NCBI GenBank assembly: GCA_018700055.1
Contig: JABISL010000038.1
Coordinates: 19,161 to 83,160 of the forward strand
Source of the DNA: a bacterium
Lineage (GTDB): Bacteria > Margulisbacteria > Marinamargulisbacteria > UBA817 > JABISL01
DNA: 64,000 nucleotides
Direction of reading: 5' to 3'
The stretch's first letter is position 1; the number at the start of each line of letters is the position of its first letter. The notes below the pieces were generated by a model. The model worked only from the letters and a program-made list of their open reading frames with translations. It did not search any database and was not told the origin of the DNA. This document shows positions 58,194 through 64,000 of this stretch, piece by piece. A program made the position numbers and the translations under genes.

Positions 58194-59152
58194 TTGGCGG
58201 CGTCTAACGCAGTGGTGTTGGCACTAGATGTGCTGTCAGTTAAATCTAAGGCAGACGTTGTTGATTCAGGTTTAACATAGGTATCGATTGCTTTGGTTAG
58301 AAGTGTTTTGGCTTGTTTGGATAAACGTGGCTTTTGAAGTGTTTGGACTACCTTTATTGCTTTTGGTTTTTGGTTTTGATGTAGCAAGTTAATGATTGAA
58401 ATGGCTTGGTTTTCAAGGGGTCTATTAATCAATAATCGGGGAGATTTAGGGTCAAATGATTTCACTAAGTTGGGGGGATAAGTATAATTTGCGATGTTGA
58501 AAAAAGATTCGGTAAACAATGATTTGAGTGATGAGATGGTGATAGTTGTTTCTAGAGAGAGATCTTGGTCATCTAAATGCTTAAGGAATAAGCTGGTTAT
58601 GAAGGTTTCGTAGGGAGATATTTTGCCATAAAAAATAACGGAATTATCGGAGGCTTTTTTTTCAGAGATTGTAGCCAGATAAAGCTTGTTTCCGTCAGTG
58701 TACCCTTCAATTAAATACATCGGATATCCATAATGAAGCTTGCTGCTTCTTCCGATCCACTCAAAGGCATCCCCTGACGTAGTTCTTAAGCTTAAATGGG
58801 ACTCATTTAGGGTTGTCTTGGCGATGTGGTTGTCCTGCCGATTACTGGCCGTTGAGGTCCATGTGGTAGTGGGGTTTCCAGATACAGTTTTGATAGTCGC
58901 TTTTGTATTGCCTTTTCCCCAGGAGAGTTGGGTAAACCCTTCTAAAGGGGTAAGGCCTTTAATTGCAACGACAATAGCTTGGTTTTCGGTAGAAATGATG
59001 TTGTTTTTGACGGGAATGGCTAGTGAATAAGTGACCGAGAATCCCCGCTTTTTGGGGGATGTATTGGGCGCTACTTCTTGCGTTACCTTGCCACAAGCTG
59101 AAAAGCTGAGAAGGGCCCCGATAGTAAGTATGAGATATACGGAGCGCTTCAT
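58190..59152 (-). CDS. Hypothetical lipoprotein
   Basis: MKR, hydrophobic stretch and FSAC lipobox. Confidence 0.75.
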   Translation of the reverse strand: MKRSVYLILTIGALLSFSACGKVTQEVAPNTSPKKRGFSVTYSLAIPVKNNIISTENQAIVVAIKGLTPLEGFTQLSWGKGNTKATIKTVSGNPTTTWTSTASNRQDNHIAKTTLNESHLSLRTTSGDAFEWIGRSSKLHYGYPMYLIEGYTDGNKLYLATISEKKASDNSVIFYGKISPYETFITSLFLKHLDDQDLSLETTITISSLKSLFTESFFNIANYTYPPNLVKSFDPKSPRLLINRPLENQAISIINLLHQNQKPKAIKVVQTLQKPRLSKQAKTLLTKAIDTYVKPESTTSALDLTDSTSSANTTALDAAN

Positions 59153-59160
59153 TGGGTTAA

Positions 59161-59883
59161 TTAGGCACCAAAAGTAGGCGGGGCTGATGAAAATGGGTTG
59201 TTAGGATTGTGGTTGGATATATTAACAGAGTCAATTCCAGCTACAGGTTGATTTGGATTGGGTTCCGTAGGAATATCCAAAAATCCTTTTTTATCCAATG
59301 TTTCGGTTAGTCGGCCCATCAAGAAGTCAGTCATATGACGCATAATAGATTCAAAAATATCTACAGCATCTTTGGCCTTTTGATCCATCTGAGTTACGTT
59401 TTTGAGAAGTTCTGCTTTGGGGATTCCTATTTTTCCTTGGGATTTGGATTGGGTAGGATTTGAAGAAATGCCACTCATTTTGGATAGTGAAGCATATGGG
59501 TCATCGCCTTCGCCGCCTTCTGCAGACAAGCTTCCGTCTATTAAATTCATTGTTAGATGAGCGCCACCCGCACCTGTTATGGTTGTAGTTTCTTCGGTAT
59601 CGCCATCGAGGAGTTTGTTAGAGAGCTCTTTGATTTTTTTAGTAATATTATTGATTGCATCTTTTAGGTCTTCGGTAACCATTTCGCCCAAAGCTTCCAT
59701 TAAGAACCCTAATCGCTCAAGTTCGTTAGGCTGAATGCCGTCATTAATCATCATTTTTATGAGATTCATGACTTGTTGAATAAGCTCAATGTCGCCTTTG
59801 CTGAGCCCCATTTTTCCAGAAGAACTGTTGATGGTTTCCAATAAACTGGAGATGTCTGTTCCTAGTGATCCGATTCCTAACAT
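59161..59883 (-). CDS. Hypothetical helical protein (start probably ATG 59883)
   Basis: GGGGG SD-like site 7 nt before ATG 59883; low-complexity G/S segments. Confidence 0.65.
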   Translation of the reverse strand: MLGIGSLGTDISSLLETINSSSGKMGLSKGDIELIQQVMNLIKMMINDGIQPNELERLGFLMEALGEMVTEDLKDAINNITKKIKELSNKLLDGDTEETTTITGAGGAHLTMNLIDGSLSAEGGEGDDPYASLSKMSGISSNPTQSKSQGKIGIPKAELLKNVTQMDQKAKDAVDIFESIMRHMTDFLMGRLTETLDKKGFLDIPTEPNPNQPVAGIDSVNISNHNPNNPFSSAPPTFGA

Positions 59884-60027
59884 GGCTTTGGCCCCCAATG
59901 AGTAGTATTTCTCTCTATCATACAATATATCGTTGGGAATCGCCTAAAACATGTATGGAATCATGGTGTTATTAGCCTCAATTTAGCCTCGGCAACATTT
60001 TTTGGTAGGGTTTGGTATACTAATGTC

Positions 60028-60588
60028 ATGAAATCCCAAATTGAAGCGCAAATTAAAGCGAGTATAGAGGCCAAGCAGGCGATTCCTGTAGAGGCGGTAG
60101 AGATAGCTGCAAAAGTAATTATTTCTGCTTATCAATCGGGCAATAAATTATTAATTGCGGGGAATGGTGGGTCTGCAGCGGATGCGCAACATATAGCGGC
60201 AGAGTTAGTGGGACGCTACCTAAAAAATCGAGATCCGTTACCTGCCATAGCCTTAACTACCGATACTTCTGGAATTACAGCGATTAGTAATGATTTTGGT
60301 TATGACCTTGTTTTTGAGCGACAGTTGCACGGGCTCGGCGTGCGAGGCGATGTATTTTTGGCGATTAGTACGTCGGGACAATCGACTAACCTGATTAATG
60401 CGATTAAAAAAGCCAAGGATATGGGGATTCATGTGGTTACTCTTACAGGAAAAGATGGTGGCGAGATGGCTAAGCTTGCGGATACCTCTATTTGTGTTGC
60501 CGTTCCAGACACACCAAGGATCCAAGAAGCTCATATTGTGATCTATCATATTTGGTGTGACATGATCGAACAGCAGCTGTTTCCTTAA
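60028..60588 (+). CDS. gmhA: Phosphoheptose isomerase
   Basis: GNGGSAADAQH, NDFGY..VF.RQ, ISTSG, RIQEAH. Confidence 0.96.
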   Translation: MKSQIEAQIKASIEAKQAIPVEAVEIAAKVIISAYQSGNKLLIAGNGGSAADAQHIAAELVGRYLKNRDPLPAIALTTDTSGITAISNDFGYDLVFERQLHGLGVRGDVFLAISTSGQSTNLINAIKKAKDMGIHVVTLTGKDGGEMAKLADTSICVAVPDTPRIQEAHIVIYHIWCDMIEQQLFP

Positions 60589-60592
60589 CCTA

Positions 60593-61147
60593 ATGAATGG
60601 CGTCGTATTTTTGGATCGAGATGGGACCTTAATAGAGGATGTTCCTTATTTGGGTGACCCTAATCAGGTAACCTTCATTTCTCGGGCCATCGATGCCTTA
60701 AGGTTGTTGAAAGCAGCTAACTATAAGTTGGTATTAGTGACGAATCAATCGGGCATTGGACGTGGGTTAATCACTGAGGCGCAATACCAATCGGTATCTG
60801 GCCGGGTTACGAAAGAGTTGGCTGATAATGATATAGAAATTCATACTTATTGGTGTCCTCATCACCCTACAGCGGGTCTAGGTAAATATTTGAAAACATG
60901 TAGTTGTCGTAAACCAGGAACAGGGATGTTGGAGCAAGCTTGCCAAGAGTTGGGTTTAAGTAAGAAAAACACTCATATGGTTGGAGATAAGGCGAGTGAC
61001 ATCGGAGCTGGGGAACGATTTGGGGCTAAGACCGCGTTGGTTCGAACTGGGGATGGCTTGAAAACATTAGCTGCAGCGGATGGGCTTAATTCGGATTACG
61101 TTGGTGACGATCTTTATGATGTGGTTGTTAACTCGATATTAATATGA
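60593..61147 (+). CDS. gmhB: D,D-heptose 1,7-bisphosphate phosphatase
   Basis: FLDRDGT, TNQSGIGRG, CPHHP...CSCRKP, VGDKASD. Confidence 0.95.
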   Translation: MNGVVFLDRDGTLIEDVPYLGDPNQVTFISRAIDALRLLKAANYKLVLVTNQSGIGRGLITEAQYQSVSGRVTKELADNDIEIHTYWCPHHPTAGLGKYLKTCSCRKPGTGMLEQACQELGLSKKNTHMVGDKASDIGAGERFGAKTALVRTGDGLKTLAAADGLNSDYVGDDLYDVVVNSILI

Positions 61148-62256
61148 CATCGATTCTTTTGGTTTCAAATGGGTATGGGGAAGATGTTTTGGCGGGATAT
61201 TTGGCCAAAGAATGTCAGTTAAAAGGCGCTAGAGTCATGGCGTGTCCGTTGGTGGGAGAAGGCGATCATTATGCTAAGCAAGGGATATCCATTGCTTTCA
61301 AAAATGTGGTATTGCCTAGTGGCGGATTTTGGCGCCGGCTTCGAGATGTGATCAGAGATCTTTTTCAGGGTGTGATTGGCCAGATGCTTAAGCAGCGACG
61401 AAAAATTAAGCGGTTGTCAGCAAATTATCAGATCACCATAGCTGTTGGCGATGTGTTTTGTTTGTGGATGGCAGCAGCTGGAAATCGAGGGAAGGTTGTT
61501 TTTATTCCTACAGCCAAAAGCGATCGGTTTATGGCACATAGTTGGATCGAAAATTGGCTGATTCGACGTTTATCCAGTCAAGTGTTTCCTCGGGATACTG
61601 AGACCGAATCAGGTATGAGAGACCAAAATCTTCCGGCGACATTTCTGGGAAATCTGATGTGGTGTGGCCTGTCTTTTTCAGATGTGAAACCTGAATCATC
61701 GGTTTTGATGATTGGTATTCTTCCGGGATCTCGAGAGGAAGCGTATGCCAACATGGCGCATATTTTGAATGTCATAGTGGCTATGGGACCTGAAGCAAAG
61801 AAGTGGGAGTATTGTGTGGCCAGGGCGCCTCAATTTAATGTGTCAGAAATGTCAGAGTGGTTAAAAGTGGGGGATTGGGATTTTGCTGCAGGGGCTGATG
61901 GAACGACAATAAGGCACTCGGCTTTGGGTATTAGGGTCCAGTTTTCTGACGATTTTCAATCGGTGATTCAGAGATCGACTTTTTTAATCGGGTTAGCGGG
62001 AACAGCCAACGAGCAAGCGGTATATTGTGGCAGACCTGTAGTCGCTTTTCCTGGGACGGGACCCCAAACGTCTCTTAAGCGTTTCGAAGAACAGGCTCAT
62101 CTATTAGGGAATAAGTTACATGTTATTCCTGAAACGAGTGCTCAAAAAATAGGCCAGTCTATTTTGGCGATGCTCGATAGCCTTGCGTTGGAATCCACAT
62201 TTTCACCCCCACAAGGGAATGTGGCAGAGGTGATGGCAACGGCTATTTTGACTTAG
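61144..62256 (+). CDS. Lipid-A-disaccharide synthase-related protein (cyanobacterial TIGR03492-like)
   Basis: SNGYGED, PLVGEG, LPSGGF, TAKSD, LPGSR.EA, AGTANEQ, PGTGPQ. Confidence 0.85.
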   Translation: MTSILLVSNGYGEDVLAGYLAKECQLKGARVMACPLVGEGDHYAKQGISIAFKNVVLPSGGFWRRLRDVIRDLFQGVIGQMLKQRRKIKRLSANYQITIAVGDVFCLWMAAAGNRGKVVFIPTAKSDRFMAHSWIENWLIRRLSSQVFPRDTETESGMRDQNLPATFLGNLMWCGLSFSDVKPESSVLMIGILPGSREEAYANMAHILNVIVAMGPEAKKWEYCVARAPQFNVSEMSEWLKVGDWDFAAGADGTTIRHSALGIRVQFSDDFQSVIQRSTFLIGLAGTANEQAVYCGRPVVAFPGTGPQTSLKRFEEQAHLLGNKLHVIPETSAQKIGQSILAMLDSLALESTFSPPQGNVAEVMATAILT

Positions 62257-63109
62257 TGGATTGAGCCATCAAGTCATCTCGAGCGACTTTGGCTTCTTGG
62301 TAGAGTGAAAGAAGTTGTCTTGTGTCGTCGGATTCAAGTGCTGATTTGAGAGCGTTCAGATGGTTTTGAAATCGATTTATGGTGTCGAGAATTGCCGGTT
62401 TGTTCATTGTCGATACCGCGACTCCCCAGTTTGGATCGGATGAAGCGACTCTTGTAGTGTCTTTAAACCCATTAGCGATAAGTGGTGCTATTGTGTCGGG
62501 GTCGTTGGTAGTGCTAAGTGTAGTGAGGACTGCTGTTAGATAAGGAAAGTGGGACACGTCTGCCATGGCTCGGTCATGATCCTCAGGTGTCATGTGAAGG
62601 ACTTTGAATTCTAGACTTGTGAGGAATTGCTCGACTTGTTGTACAGGTTCTTGGGTGGGATCTGTAGGACAAATGATAAATACGCTACCGGGAATAAGTG
62701 ATACAGACGCATGTTCATACCCTGTTTTTTCCCTGCCAGTCATTGGGTGTCCGGGAATGTATGTAATATGATCCGGAAAGGGAATTGGTGGAGCACATAG
62801 CGCTTCTTTAACGCTTCCCACATCTAGTAATGTAGTGGGTGTCTTGAAATGGTTTGATAGTGTGTTTAAAACAGATCGTATAGTGTCTAGTGGGGTTGCT
62901 ATGATCACAAGCTCGATGGTTTCGGGGAGGTCTTCAATTTGAGAAGCGCTAGTCTGAATAACCCCTGATTTTAGGGCTTTGTTAAGGTAGTTATTGTTAA
63001 AATCTAAGCCTGTGATATGGCTGCTTGGGTGTTTGATATTGATTTGATTGGCGATGGTCCCGCCTATTAATCCGAGCCCAACAATGGCTATGTTTTGAGG
63101 CGTAGCCAT
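62243..63109 (-). CDS. tyrA: Prephenate/arogenate dehydrogenase
   Basis: IVGLGLIGG, DVGSVK, GHPMTG, HD..MA.VSHFP, GFKDTTRVA. Confidence 0.93.
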   Translation of the reverse strand: MATPQNIAIVGLGLIGGTIANQINIKHPSSHITGLDFNNNYLNKALKSGVIQTSASQIEDLPETIELVIIATPLDTIRSVLNTLSNHFKTPTTLLDVGSVKEALCAPPIPFPDHITYIPGHPMTGREKTGYEHASVSLIPGSVFIICPTDPTQEPVQQVEQFLTSLEFKVLHMTPEDHDRAMADVSHFPYLTAVLTTLSTTNDPDTIAPLIANGFKDTTRVASSDPNWGVAVSTMNKPAILDTINRFQNHLNALKSALESDDTRQLLSLYQEAKVARDDLMAQSTKSK

Positions 63110-63112
63110 GTG

Positions 63113-63487
63113 TTAGTTTGTGTGATCGGGCCGGAGCGATACCGCATTCCTTAAATAGGCATGACGGACTTCTTTTTGGGCTTTGGGGGTATTCACATGC
63201 ATTAATACGCGAATACATAATTTGAGTTTGCCTGGGACATCGATCTCGTTCAAGCAAAGTAGGGGGGTGTGAACCAGTCCCATATCTCTTGCCGCTACCG
63301 CTGGAAACTCAGCATTCAAATCTTGAGTGACTGAAAAAAATATAGAGGCAATATCGTCTGTATGAATGTTGTTTTCTTTAATTAGAGTGTCGAGTAGCTC
63401 ACGAGTATTCGTCAGAATTTCAGCACGGTCATTTTGATCGACAGTTATCGCGCCGCGTATTCCTCTAAAGTAAGTTGTATTGCTCAT
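63113..63487 (-). CDS. aroH: AroH-type chorismate mutase (start probably ATG 63487)
   Basis: RGIRGAIT, FSVTQDLNAEFPAVAAR, CIRV, LRPD. Confidence 0.95.
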   Translation of the reverse strand: MSNTTYFRGIRGAITVDQNDRAEILTNTRELLDTLIKENNIHTDDIASIFFSVTQDLNAEFPAVAARDMGLVHTPLLCLNEIDVPGKLKLCIRVLMHVNTPKAQKEVRHAYLRNAVSLRPDHTN

Positions 63488-63548
63488 ATCGACGCTCACA
63501 TTCCTAGATTTATTTATACGATTTAGTGTGGGAGAGAGACTCATAATA

Positions 63549-64000
63549 TCACACTTCTAGATAAGCGCCCGGGACCAAGTAGTTCTGAACATAGTCCGTG
63601 ACGGTGTCTTTTAATGGTGAAAATGGCTTGGAATATCCAGCGTTTCGTAACTTGCTGATATCGGCCTTGGTGTAGTACTGATATTGACCGCGAATGTGAT
63701 CGGGGATATCGATGTAATTGATCGAAGTGGGTTTGTCCAAAGCGGAGAAAATGGCATTGGCTAACTCATTCCATGAATGGGCTTCACCATACCCAATATT
63801 GTAAAGTCCTTTTACGTGAGGGTTTTGTAGGAGCCACCAGATGACATCTACACAATCTTTTACATAGACGAAGTCTCTTTTTTGATCGCCGTCCCCATAG
63901 TCATCGCGATGAGACTTGAATAGATTAAGTTTGTCGGTAGTTTGGATTTGCTCGACAGCCTTGCAAACCAAGCTGCGCATTTCACCTTTATGAAACTCGT
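63549..64000 (-). CDS. hldD: ADP-L-glycero-D-manno-heptose 6-epimerase, 5' part beyond the window
   Basis: EFHKGEMRS, LFKSHR..Y.DGDQKRDFVYVKD, YQYYTKAD. Confidence 0.92.
   Translation of the reverse strand, partial: EFHKGEMRSLVCKAVEQIQTTDKLNLFKSHRDDYGDGDQKRDFVYVKDCVDVIWWLLQNPHVKGLYNIGYGEAHSWNELANAIFSALDKPTSINYIDIPDHIRGQYQYYTKADISKLRNAGYSKPFSPLKDTVTDYVQNYLVPGAYLEV

Noticed and set aside
1227-63257. Many 60-220-aa antisense or alternate-frame ORFs in the track (e.g. 5839-6249, 28088-28486, 41054-41707, 56257-56709)
   Set aside because: They lie within well-supported genes and show no motifs; treated as shadow ORFs.

Overview
This is the replication-origin region of a diderm bacterium. It mixes Terrabacteria-type genes (clpC-radA, aroH) with cyanobacteria-like genes (LpxB-related protein, TamB plus Omp85, an SDR family), which suggests a non-photosynthetic relative of Cyanobacteria such as Ca. 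Margulisbacteria (inference, not verified). It holds parAB with three parS sites, mnmG-rsmG, a split oriC around dnaA, dnaN-recF-dciA, and housekeeping, envelope and heptose genes. I found no tRNA, rRNA, CRISPR array or transposase. The main signals are: (1) about 12 genes with a -10 box exactly 6-7 nt before the start codon and no usable SD, suggesting widespread leaderless mRNAs; (2) a 1610-aa SprA-like outer-membrane protein plus a secreted protein with a T9SS-type C-terminal sorting domain, suggesting T9SS-like secretion outside Bacteroidota; (3) a dispersed family of ~80-nt structured repeats with compensatory changes, one copy flanked by a 23-bp duplication of the dgt 3' end; (4) a 29-aa bS22-like ORF missing from the ORF track; (5) DnaN with a ~120-aa Pro/Thr/Val tail; (6) a sigma-54 activator with an RsbR-type N-terminal sensor. 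All family calls come from motif recognition by eye; no database searches were run.
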